51,290 nt of DNA from Candidatus Woesearchaeota archaeon (GCA_018302805.1 JAGVZD010000001.1:1-51290), one strand, 5' to 3'; positions 16,745 through 25,322 are shown, numbered from the stretch's first letter. The notes: generated by a model from the sequence alone, not told the origin. Numbers and translations: made by a program.

Positions 16745-17506
16745 TTTCTTATTTTGTGTAATTGGTGGATTTTTTGGAGATATGTCTATCAAGGATGATT
16801 CAAAATTATTCCAATGATATGTAGAATAATTAACCTTTGATTTATTTTGGATAAAAGTGGACAATGACCTAATACAATTTAAATATTGGCTAGCCGGTAA
16901 TTTTCTATTCTGATCATTATATTCAAGCACAGATATGTTTTCATTTAGAGTATGAATCACTCGGAATAACGCACCAGCTATCCAGTTTAATTCTATAAAT
17001 CTATTATTTGAACCAAGTTCTCTATATAAATCTTCAAATTTCCTGCAATCATTAAATATCCAAGATTGATAACTCTGATCAAGAGGTATATCCATACTAG
17101 CAAGGGAAATTTTTGTAATCGCAGTCTCAAGATCTTTTAGGAGGCAACCTCTAACACTTTCTGGAACTATTGAATTTTCATTTAACTTGCTTGATTGAAT
17201 CTCTACTGGAATGTCACTCAAATTTTTCTTCCAATTTGATATTTCAAATCCGGTTACATTTAATGCTTGACTAGTTGTCACATATAATGCATAGTAGGGT
17301 TGAAATTTGTCTAAAATTGGTTTTATTTCTGATACATTCATCTCATATGACTGACCATATTGTAAAATTGATTTTACTTTTTGAAATTTTGCAACCATCT
17401 CTTCAATTTTTTCTGCAGGTAATCTATATTCAAATCTTAAATCAATAGAGTTTGCTTTATTAGTTTTGTTTGATTCCAAGTTTTTAAGTTGATCATCTAT
17501 TGGCAT
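16721..17506 (-). CDS. MPID-motif paralog 5 of 17, family B
   Basis: Starts MPIDDQLKNLESNK and ends KKKSFWRRK. First of four tandem family B genes. Confidence 0.8.
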   Translation of the reverse strand: MPIDDQLKNLESNKTNKANSIDLRFEYRLPAEKIEEMVAKFQKVKSILQYGQSYEMNVSEIKPILDKFQPYYALYVTTSQALNVTGFEISNWKKNLSDIPVEIQSSKLNENSIVPESVRGCLLKDLETAITKISLASMDIPLDQSYQSWIFNDCRKFEDLYRELGSNNRFIELNWIAGALFRVIHTLNENISVLEYNDQNRKLPASQYLNCIRSLSTFIQNKSKVNYSTYHWNNFESSLIDISPKNPPITQNKKKSFWRRK

Positions 17507-17515
17507 TTTACATCT

Positions 17516-18298
17516 TTAATAATTAATTGTTAATTCAGGATGAAATGTTGTTAATTTTTCATACAGACCTTTCCTTAATTTTTGAGAGTCTCGCGTTGAC
17601 CTAATATAGTCTACTAAATCCAATGTCTGTTCTATCATATTACTTAAATTCTGAGAGGAATATGGTTTTTTCAAGTATTTTGTTATATTATCAAAGTTGA
17701 GAATATCTGTCATGTCCATATGTTTAACATCGTTGGTGAGAAATAAAATTGGTTTATCTCTTTCATCAAAACTTTGTGATACCGAAGATAATTCAAATCC
17801 ATCACTTATAAATAAACTCAAGAATGTCAGATCAGGTATAATAAATACGTGGTTTGTTAAATCATTAAATGCCTGGATTAAAGGATAGTTTAAAATCTTT
17901 GGAATTACAAATTTTTCATTCCCAGGGATTGGATAAACTACTCTAGAGCATAACTTCTCTATATTAGGTATTTCACTATGTTCAGAGAAATCTGAATCTG
18001 CGTCTAAAGCTATCTCAATCATATTTGATGGATCATAACAACCAAGTATATGTTTAAGACCCGGTCTGAATTTAAGGAAACAATATAAAGACTCTAACAT
18101 TTTAAACTCGTTATCACCATTTAATTTTATTTTTTGAACATGTTTTGGTAAAAGTTCAGAATCACCTAAATTTAATATTTCATGAGAATAGGACATTAGT
18201 GCATCAAGAACATAATCTTCTTGCGGTAGGTCTTGTGATTTGTTTGATTCGTTATCCTTATCTGTATGCATTTTCCTAATTTGGTCATCAATTGGCAT
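17516..18298 (-). CDS. MPID-motif paralog 4 of 17, family D
   Basis: Starts MPIDDQIRKMHTDK. Shares FIIPDLTFLSLFISDG and C-terminal FHPELTINY with the paralog at 11133-11936. Confidence 0.8.
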   Translation of the reverse strand: MPIDDQIRKMHTDKDNESNKSQDLPQEDYVLDALMSYSHEILNLGDSELLPKHVQKIKLNGDNEFKMLESLYCFLKFRPGLKHILGCYDPSNMIEIALDADSDFSEHSEIPNIEKLCSRVVYPIPGNEKFVIPKILNYPLIQAFNDLTNHVFIIPDLTFLSLFISDGFELSSVSQSFDERDKPILFLTNDVKHMDMTDILNFDNITKYLKKPYSSQNLSNMIEQTLDLVDYIRSTRDSQKLRKGLYEKLTTFHPELTINY

Positions 18299-18299
18299 T

Positions 18300-19040
18300 T
18301 TACACCTTTAACTTTGCTGCTCTAAGTCCCATTGAACTTACTGCCAAAGGATACACTCCTAAAAATAATCCACCATCCTTTAATATACTCGAATCTTCTG
18401 GAAAAATAATTATCCTTAAACATTTTGGCTGCGAAGCGAAACATGAGAATGAATATCCTAAACTTCCGGGAGAGATATCATACTCAGGTAATCCTTGATC
18501 ATTTGATTTGATTATCCATTCTTGATAACTAATCCTTTTGTTGTGACAATCCTTCAGGGTTTTAAACTCTAATTCCACTGTTTTTTCTACTAATTTTTTA
18601 TTTTCAAATTGATGAAAAATAATATAATCTTCATTCTTTTTTCTTGATAAAACAGCATCAAGCCATTCTCCCCTAGGAACATGTTTAGGTTCTTTTATAT
18701 CCACCAATAGCTTTTCTATCGTCGAATATTCAACTTTGCTACCATCTCCATAAAATACAGATCGTGATTCCAATATCTTTAGAAAGTCAACATATTGCCT
18801 CATTGTCAGTAAAAATGATTGTTCTTTTTGAAGCATGGTGTGGATTTGATAAAATGGATTTCCATAATGAGTTCTGCTTAATGGAACTAAAATGTCTGGA
18901 TAAGAATAGGTTCCATGTAATTTACCTTCTAATATAATGTAATTTTTTAATTTATCGGATGGGATAGATGTATCTAATTTATTTTGATTTGAGTTTTGTT
19001 GCATTTGTTCAAGATTACCCAGATAATCATCAATCGGCAT
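18300..19040 (-). CDS. MPID-motif paralog 3 of 17, family A
   Basis: Starts MPIDDYLGNLEQMQ. Contains YIILEGKLHGTYSYPDILV, LLTMRQYVDFLKILESRSVFYGDG, GEWLDAV, QGLPEYD and C-terminal MGLRAAKLKV. Its first 11 nt overlap the 3' end of the vWA gene. Confidence 0.8.
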   Translation of the reverse strand: MPIDDYLGNLEQMQQNSNQNKLDTSIPSDKLKNYIILEGKLHGTYSYPDILVPLSRTHYGNPFYQIHTMLQKEQSFLLTMRQYVDFLKILESRSVFYGDGSKVEYSTIEKLLVDIKEPKHVPRGEWLDAVLSRKKNEDYIIFHQFENKKLVEKTVELEFKTLKDCHNKRISYQEWIIKSNDQGLPEYDISPGSLGYSFSCFASQPKCLRIIIFPEDSSILKDGGLFLGVYPLAVSSMGLRAAKLKV

Positions 19041-21042
19041 CGTTTTCTTTCACATCCTCATATTCTTTTCGAACTTCACCAATGATTAATCCTATTAAAT
19101 CATCAATTCTTTTTATTTTGTAAATATTTGCTCCTCTTCCAGCTACTGAATTTGATAAGTTAGATGAATCTGAATGAATGAGAAATACTGCTAATTTATC
19201 ATGTTCAGTTATTGCTTTGTGAAAAACTTCTGTTGCCTGGTTATCATTTGATATCATGCAATCACTAATTAAACAAGTTAAGAGAGGATTTTTTGTTCCT
19301 TTGATTAGTTTATATGTCTCATCAATAGGAACTACTGTACCACCACCATAATAAGACATAATTGCTCTTTCAATGCTATTCATATCTGATGTGTAATATT
19401 GCTCTGTAACATTACTTTCGCCAGAAAAATTTAGAATGGCAACTTTGCCACCATTTTTTATTGAATATAATGAAGCTGCTTCTGCTGCTAAAATTGCTTT
19501 ATCATATTCTCCTCTTTGCTCTGGATTATCTGACATTGGACTCCAGCTCATACTTCCTGAAGAATCAATTGCAATGAAAATGTCTGGAATTGCCTTTAAC
19601 TTCCCTTTGTAATTAGAGGAGGTCATTTTTCTTTTGAAAGTTGTAATTCCAGGAATTGGCTTTCCAGATGACATAACAGAAGGAATTATTTCTAAACCAC
19701 CTTTACCCATAATTGGATCTCCAATATTCCAAGGCGTTTGGTAAGCTGGAACTTTTTCAGCTCTTTGATTTTCTAGCTCATTAATTGACATTAATAATTC
19801 TCGAGCTCTTGCTCTGTACATTAATCTAAGTAAGTCATCAGGTTCTAATTTTGTTAAAGCACCCATTGTACCCGCAAATTTTCCAGGAGATTTTTTATTT
19901 CTTTGATAAATCTCATCTATAATTCTTTCATCTATAGAATCAGCTATTTGATCAGCTTCACTTTGGGATTCATTTCTATCATGGCTTTGTTTAGATTCTT
20001 TTGCTCCAGATCCTTCTCCTTTCCTATACTTCTTGTATTTCCCTTTACCAGAGCCAATTTTACTTTCTGTTGGATTTCCCATTTGAGTTTGAACATCATC
20101 AGGTATTGGTAAATTATTACCACTTTGTTTTTGATCTCCATATCTACTTTTTCCACCTTGTTGCTGCATGTCTTGCACATCTTGTTTAATGATTGGTTCT
20201 AAAATAGCTGCAAATTTTCTAACTTTATCTTCCCATGTATCTCTATTTCTATAATCATTTCCCAGAACTTTAACAAGATCTTCAGCTGCCTTTTCAGTTA
20301 CCGGATTTCTTTTTTGAACAACATCATTTAAACCAAGATCTTCCTGCCACAATTTTTCATATGAAGATACTAAGGTTTGCCATATCATAGAAGGTTTTTG
20401 AGGCGTATTTCTTGCTTCCCTTACAAATTCTTTGGTTCTCCAAACTGTTAAATCTGAAAAATCATCTCGTCCATATGATTTTCTAGCTAATAAAGTATCT
20501 CCGATTAAGTCTCCCATTATATTCATAGCTAAAAAAGAATAATCTGCTGCTAAGTGCTTATTTTTTGCAATGTTGGGATCAGTAAAACCTTTTATTGCTG
20601 AATCTATAAGTATTGCTTCTGTCACAGCATCAGATGGGACTTGAGTGAAATGTGCTCCACATTCATGTTGAAATAGACTCCTAGCTAGCAGCTTATGTTC
20701 TTTACCTTTTGATTTTTTATCATATTCAGAAAGATATCTTTCTAAATTAGATTCTCCTTCTATTTTTTTGGGCATATCTTGAACATTGAAGCGAATTTGC
20801 CAAGTCTTAGTGTCAATGGCAAAACCTCTAGGAATATGCTTTCTGGGATCGTCTTCTTTACCTTTTTCTGCATTGTTGATGATTTTTGGATCAGGTAAAT
20901 TTGAAACATAAAGGTCCCAACAAGCATGTCTAAAAGCCTGAATAATATCTTCTTCTGTAAAACCTTCGATTCCAGTTGCTAAATTCTCTAGTTTTGGTTT
21001 TTTTTGCTTCGAGCTAGTTCCGTATTTTTCAAAAAGAGGCAT
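19030..21042 (-). CDS. vWA-domain protein with intact MIDAS motif (partner of the MoxR ATPase), unknown N-terminal domain and disordered charged linker
   Basis: DIFIAIDSSGSMSW (DxSxS MIDAS, codons at 19552-19566) is followed by a vWA-like alternating beta/alpha pattern (VAILNFSG, GGGT, LISD). Residues about 290-390 are a Gly/Lys/Gln/Ser-rich low-complexity stretch. The N-terminal roughly 290 aa carry no recognisable motif. Confidence 0.85.
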   Translation of the reverse strand: MPLFEKYGTSSKQKKPKLENLATGIEGFTEEDIIQAFRHACWDLYVSNLPDPKIINNAEKGKEDDPRKHIPRGFAIDTKTWQIRFNVQDMPKKIEGESNLERYLSEYDKKSKGKEHKLLARSLFQHECGAHFTQVPSDAVTEAILIDSAIKGFTDPNIAKNKHLAADYSFLAMNIMGDLIGDTLLARKSYGRDDFSDLTVWRTKEFVREARNTPQKPSMIWQTLVSSYEKLWQEDLGLNDVVQKRNPVTEKAAEDLVKVLGNDYRNRDTWEDKVRKFAAILEPIIKQDVQDMQQQGGKSRYGDQKQSGNNLPIPDDVQTQMGNPTESKIGSGKGKYKKYRKGEGSGAKESKQSHDRNESQSEADQIADSIDERIIDEIYQRNKKSPGKFAGTMGALTKLEPDDLLRLMYRARARELLMSINELENQRAEKVPAYQTPWNIGDPIMGKGGLEIIPSVMSSGKPIPGITTFKRKMTSSNYKGKLKAIPDIFIAIDSSGSMSWSPMSDNPEQRGEYDKAILAAEAASLYSIKNGGKVAILNFSGESNVTEQYYTSDMNSIERAIMSYYGGGTVVPIDETYKLIKGTKNPLLTCLISDCMISNDNQATEVFHKAITEHDKLAVFLIHSDSSNLSNSVAGRGANIYKIKRIDDLIGLIIGEVRKEYEDVKENDAD

Positions 21043-21080
21043 TTTGGATCAAATCTTATTATTTTAGGCCATTTTGATAG

Positions 21081-21088
21081 TTTATAAA
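21081..21088 (-). promoter_or_regulatory. Internal BRE/TATA promoter in front of the vWA gene, with a conserved upstream element at 21110-21122
   Basis: On the coding strand: TGTTACCACTATT, then 21 nt, then (GAAAGA)TTTATAAA, then 38 nt to ATG 21042. The same three-part layout with identical spacing occurs at 11967-12008. Confidence 0.5.
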
Positions 21089-21240
21089 TCTTTCTAATTA
21101 TTATTTCTTAATAGTGGTAACAGTATATTAATTTTAAATATCTTATAAATGGGTTTAAAATAACTTTAGCAGGCGATTCTAAATATTCATTTCTTTGTAT
21201 TTTATTATTAAATGAAATTAAGTAAATAAAATTATTAATT

Positions 21241-21984
21241 CTAGCATTTCTGAGCCTTAAAAGTCATGGGAAAGGTCAAAGGATCACCTACTATATGTGG
21301 ACGAAAAACTTCTTTTTCAGTGTTTAAATTGAATCGTCTTTCTATTATATCAGATCCTCCATATGTTGCAACATTACCATCTCTTTGTGGTGAATGATAT
21401 TTAATTAGGAAATTTCCATAATTGGATTTTGAATAAGGTAATCCAAAACTGTTAGGTGTAGCAAGGAAATTGTCTAATGTTAAACAACAATCTGAAATTA
21501 AGAAATCAAATGGATTTAGAAAATGTCTATCATGTGCTACTGGGCCTTCACTAGTATTAAGATGATTATAATAAATAAATTTGGCATCACCCTGTATTCT
21601 AAATTCAGTATCTAACCAAATTAATTTATCTGTATTAATAATATTATTAAATTTATATATTAAAAATTTTGGATTTAATTTTCTTTTATATTGATCACAG
21701 GCATTACCAGATTTTAGAAGTTTTAAATAATCAATGAATTGTCTAGGCGTTAACATAAAAGAATCTAAGTCATCTAATAATTCGTGTGCATAATCCCAAT
21801 TTTGTGCAGGTAAATAAGTTGTAGAAATTAATAGATCTGGATAGTTATAATTTTTATATTGCTTCCCTTCTAGGAAAATTTGTGTAAGAGATGTAATTGG
21901 CGGATATTTTTCTCTTTTTGGGGTAATTTTTTGCTTGATGTACCGATGTCCTTTCAAGTTTCCCAAATAATCATCTATTGGCAT
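21241..21984 (-). CDS. MPID-motif paralog 2 of 17, family A (divergent)
   Basis: Starts MPIDDYLGNLKGHR. Contains FLEGKQYKNYNYPDLLIS, MLTPRQFIDYLKLLKSG and FGLPYSK. There is 1 nt between the stop of paralog 1 and this ATG. Confidence 0.8.
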   Translation of the reverse strand: MPIDDYLGNLKGHRYIKQKITPKREKYPPITSLTQIFLEGKQYKNYNYPDLLISTTYLPAQNWDYAHELLDDLDSFMLTPRQFIDYLKLLKSGNACDQYKRKLNPKFLIYKFNNIINTDKLIWLDTEFRIQGDAKFIYYNHLNTSEGPVAHDRHFLNPFDFLISDCCLTLDNFLATPNSFGLPYSKSNYGNFLIKYHSPQRDGNVATYGGSDIIERRFNLNTEKEVFRPHIVGDPLTFPMTFKAQKC

Positions 21985-21985
21985 T

Positions 21986-22699
21986 TTATTTTATTAATTT
22001 TGCTGGACGTACTCCAAGCCAAGTAGCTAAGAACGATGGACTACCATGCAATATTAAGTCAATCCCCCCAGAATTTGCATTAAACCATGTGGCCCCACCT
22101 TCTCTTAGATACCAAAAGTAGACATTTCCCCTTGCAATATCTTTTCTCGGAAGACCTTGGGTATTGGCATCACTTAACCATTCATCTAGGTCTATTTGTT
22201 TATCTTCCATCAAAGTATCTTGATCTAATTTATCTGGCATAATTATTGGCTGATCATCTGAGTTAAATTTATAATAGTCTATTGTTGTAGTCTCTCCTCG
22301 AATGGTAAATTTATTATTCAACCATTCTGCTCTCCATGGATCTCTAACTGCATAAATATTATTAAGAATTTCAACAACCTTTTCTTCAAATATCCTATCT
22401 CCATTTGCGTCATAAGCAGTTCCTGATTTTAATATATTAAGAAAATCAATATATTGTCTTAAATTTAGCATAACCGAATCTTCCTGATGCAAAATTTTAA
22501 GGGTCTCCAACCAAGTCAAGTTATAATGGGATCTTTCCATTGAAACTAATAGATTAGGATATGAAAAAGTTTTATGCGATCTACCTTCAAGAATAACATA
22601 ATTTTCAGGGTTTTCAATAAATTCATAAGGAACAGGATTTACAAATTTATGAAAAGATCTTGCTCCTTGGATTTTTTCTAAATATTTATCAATTGGCAT
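21986..22699 (-). CDS. MPID-motif paralog 1 of 17, family A
   Basis: Starts MPIDKYLEKIQGAR. Family A core: YVILEGRSHKTFSYPNLLV, MLNLRQYIDFLNILKSG, AEWL, QGLPRKD, and C-terminal LGVRPAKLIK. Confidence 0.8.
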   Translation of the reverse strand: MPIDKYLEKIQGARSFHKFVNPVPYEFIENPENYVILEGRSHKTFSYPNLLVSMERSHYNLTWLETLKILHQEDSVMLNLRQYIDFLNILKSGTAYDANGDRIFEEKVVEILNNIYAVRDPWRAEWLNNKFTIRGETTTIDYYKFNSDDQPIIMPDKLDQDTLMEDKQIDLDEWLSDANTQGLPRKDIARGNVYFWYLREGGATWFNANSGGIDLILHGSPSFLATWLGVRPAKLIK

Positions 22700-22729
22700 A
22701 ATTAAAAATAGTGAAGAAAATAATAAAAA

Positions 22730-23293
22730 TTATATGTTTTCAGGCAAAGGTATTGGTAAATTTATATCTCCCAATTCCTTTGGAAGAAATTGATCTTTGA
22801 GCAGATTAACTAAGTATTCTTTTACATCAATTTTAAATGAGAATGGAATAGGATAATTTCTAATAATTGGGAAATCAATTATAGCTTTTCCATCTAAAAC
22901 AGCAAAAACATTTTCTTTTGTTAAAATATCCCTTGAAGTTTTTAATGTCGAAGGGAATGTGGCTTCATGATTAATTGTAATTTTTGTTGTTGATGAACTT
23001 TTTAAAGTAAATTTTGGGACTGCTCCAAGACCTATCTGATCATTTGTATCTTCTAATGTTAATCTATAATTAACTGCCTTTATCGGAATTGCTATCTTAC
23101 TCGGATTATTAACATAAAGATTAACCTTAATACTAAATGAGCTGCTATTAATTATTTTAAATTCTTCAATTTCAGTTTTTTCAAGTTTTACATTCACTAA
23201 ATCTTTGGCATAATAAGCAAAAATTCCTATAGCTACAATTAATATAATAAATAAAGATAAGATTACTAATAGTATTATAAAAATCTTCTTCAT
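22730..23293 (-). CDS. membrane-anchored LEA_2 / WHy-like (LEA14-like) protein
   Basis: An N-terminal TM helix is followed by a beta-rich region whose pattern, VKVNLYVNNPSKIAIPIKAVNYRLTLEDTNDQIGLG, resembles the NPN-x-f-x-l...y-x-l core of LEA_2 domains. Confidence 0.45.
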   Translation of the reverse strand: MKKIFIILLVILSLFIILIVAIGIFAYYAKDLVNVKLEKTEIEEFKIINSSSFSIKVNLYVNNPSKIAIPIKAVNYRLTLEDTNDQIGLGAVPKFTLKSSSTTKITINHEATFPSTLKTSRDILTKENVFAVLDGKAIIDFPIIRNYPIPFSFKIDVKEYLVNLLKDQFLPKELGDINLPIPLPENI

Positions 23294-23333
23294 AATTTAA
23301 ATATTAAATTTTCCTGGTTTAAAAAGTTTGTTA

Positions 23334-23618
23334 TTATTTAATTTGCTTATAATAAAGACCACCATCTAGGTAATAGGTTTCTTTCATTAATCCTTCCTGA
23401 GTCATATTTTTAATTTCATCCACTATAATCCCAGGTTCAAATTGTTTATAAGATCTTCTTATATTGGTAATTAAGTAATCTATTCTAATACCTAAAACTT
23501 CATATTTTGGAGATATTTCATTGATTGATTTTTCAATAATATGTCTTAAATCCTGATGAGCATAATTTGTTGATAATTCTGGCTCACCTACTTTTTGATT
23601 TTGATTGTCTAAAACCAT
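23334..23618 (-). CDS. hypothetical protein (94 aa)
   Basis: ORF with a TATA-like ttttttataat about 30 nt upstream. No recognisable motif. It may be the first gene of the minus-strand transcription unit leading into the MPID array. Confidence 0.5.
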   Translation of the reverse strand: MVLDNQNQKVGEPELSTNYAHQDLRHIIEKSINEISPKYEVLGIRIDYLITNIRRSYKQFEPGIIVDEIKNMTQEGLMKETYYLDGGLYYKQIK

Positions 23619-23755
23619 TTTTTCGAGAGATCTAATAAGATTATACTATTATAAAAAATTAACTCTTTTATATTTTATTTAAGAAAACATATATTTTATT
23701 ATCAGAATCTTTAATAATATGAAATGTATCACTTAATATGGGGGGGTTAAATATA

Positions 23756-24244
23756 ATGAAAAAGAACCTATTTTTTGTATTTGTTGGAATATTGTTATTA
23801 GCTCTCTCCTCTTTTGGGGAAGCAAGCACCTGTTATATAGAAAAGCTTGATGTCAGATATGACTATACTTGGACAAGCGGTAGAGATTATCTTTTTAAGT
23901 TAAAAGTAACTAATCCTAGTACTGGCCAAGAATTAGATGAAGAAGGCGAGGACTTTAATTATAGGGATTTAAAATGGATTTATAGATTTGAAATAGATAA
24001 TCCTAGCCATTCTAATATTGTCAATTTAATATTAAAAAAAATAAGTTGGCATGGAGTTAGAATCAGAATGGATAACCTACAAGGAATACAAGGAGATACA
24101 AAATTTGAAGCTTTTATCTACAAAGGTGGACAATTGATAAAATACGACACAGCTATAATACCATTAACTTGTAATCTAGAAGTCAACGAACATAAAGATG
24201 TATACTTTGGCAATTTTAAGATTACTAAAGCTGAGAAATCTTAA
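23756..24244 (+). CDS. secreted hypothetical protein
   Basis: ATG 23756 (MKKNLFFVFVGILLLALSSFGEAS, signal-peptide-like) is preceded by a GGGGGG run at 23741-23746. The ORF-track start at 23738 is probably too far upstream. Confidence 0.55.
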   Translation: MKKNLFFVFVGILLLALSSFGEASTCYIEKLDVRYDYTWTSGRDYLFKLKVTNPSTGQELDEEGEDFNYRDLKWIYRFEIDNPSHSNIVNLILKKISWHGVRIRMDNLQGIQGDTKFEAFIYKGGQLIKYDTAIIPLTCNLEVNEHKDVYFGNFKITKAEKS

Positions 24245-24490
24245 TTTTTTCTTTTTTAAATTTTCAATTATTTAAGTTAAATGTAATATGTACAATATAT
24301 CAGTATGCCGTATATAAAAAAGAATTATGAAATTTATTCACAAAAGTTATTTTATACATCGAATATTCACAAATTCTATTCTAATATCTTTAATATTACC
24401 AAATTGGGCTAATTGTTGTTACTATTAAGATACATCAATAGAAGAATTTAAATACTAGTTGTACATCCTTATATTAGGAGTAAAGATAAA

Positions 24491-24943
24491 ATGGATAATC
24501 TAAAAGAAATTGTGAAACAATTCGCTGATAACTATAAAAATAATGGTCATGATATTGAAGGTGTAAATATATTAGAAGAGGAACTCTATCGCATGTCTGG
24601 AATTGATAGATCAGATCCTTCGGGTATTTTATTAATTCCAATTGATTCGCCCAACTTAGAGAATATTGGATCAGCTTGCGGTAATGTTGGAAATAGGATA
24701 TTTTCAAACAAGTCTCTTATTAGTTTTTTAAAAAATAAAAAGGTCGAAAAATTTTTAGGTATAATCTATGGTCCTAATGCTAATGAAACTTATGATAGAG
24801 GAGTAATAGCCTTAAATTCGGTTGCGTTGCCTATTACGGGAAGAGATGGCCATATTTTTGAATCACTTGCAACAAAGAATGGTGGGAGTTTCAGATATGA
24901 GAGGTCTAGAATTCAAGGCTGGTCAGTATTTGAATCAGAATAA
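24491..24943 (+). CDS. hypothetical protein (150 aa)
   Basis: Strong AGGAG Shine-Dalgarno-like sequence 8-12 nt upstream of the ATG. No recognisable motif. Confidence 0.55.
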   Translation: MDNLKEIVKQFADNYKNNGHDIEGVNILEEELYRMSGIDRSDPSGILLIPIDSPNLENIGSACGNVGNRIFSNKSLISFLKNKKVEKFLGIIYGPNANETYDRGVIALNSVALPITGRDGHIFESLATKNGGSFRYERSRIQGWSVFESE

Positions 24944-24991
24944 AAAACTTTAAGACTATAAAGGATAATATCTACTTGAAGGGAGAATAAA

Positions 24992-25288
24992 ATGGATACA
25001 GAAAAAGAAAAATTAGAATCACTTGTGGTGAATATTCTTGGAAAATATAATTCAGACCCTCAAACTCAAGCTAAAGAAACTCTAAGAATTGCTACTGAAG
25101 TTGCAAATGAGATTAAAAAGGCAAGAACTAAATGTCAATCAATAACTCAAATAGAAGGTCACCCAGCATCTATTATTGGATTGAAAATGACTGGTAAAAC
25201 TGGAGTTGATTTAATTGGTATAACTTATGTTTCAAATTGGCAAAGATTAGAAAGAACTTATTTAAAAGAAGATTTTTATAATATTTAA
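24992..25288 (+). CDS. hypothetical protein (98 aa)
   Basis: GGGAG lies upstream of the ATG. No recognisable motif. Confidence 0.5.
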   Translation: MDTEKEKLESLVVNILGKYNSDPQTQAKETLRIATEVANEIKKARTKCQSITQIEGHPASIIGLKMTGKTGVDLIGITYVSNWQRLERTYLKEDFYNI

Positions 25289-25296
25289 TATATTAC

Positions 25297-25322
25297 AAAA
25301 AAGTGCTCTTTTTATTTTGATT
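25297..25322 (+). terminator. conserved 3' element, copy 1 (AAAAAG-TGCT-CTTTTT hairpin followed by a T-rich run)
   Basis: aaaaaagtgctctttttattttgatt sits directly after the stop at 25288. A near-identical motif follows the 5S rRNA at 37187-37210. Confidence 0.4.

Noticed and set aside
20650-20667. HECGAH in the N-terminal domain of the vWA protein, considered as a possible zinc-metallopeptidase motif (as in DUF2201_N/COG3864 proteins that pair with MoxR).
   Set aside because: The spacing is HExxxH, not the zincin HExxH, and I see no downstream third ligand motif. This is insufficient to call a peptidase.
5999-22699. The MPID array considered as a complete diversity-generating retroelement, a prophage or an integrative element.
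   Set aside because: No reverse transcriptase, template repeat, integrase, capsid, terminase or portal-like gene and no flanking direct repeats are visible. The adjacent tRNA-Thr shows no duplicated 3' segment that I could find. Only the DGR-target idea for family A is retained, as a hypothesis to test outside this window.
22700-22729. A partial match (aatagtgaagaaa) to the upstream promoter element TGTTACNACTATT, in front of the first MPID gene.
   Set aside because: Only about 8 of 13 positions match and there is no TATA box within the 30 nt gap. The first two paralogs are more likely transcribed from the promoter upstream of 23618.
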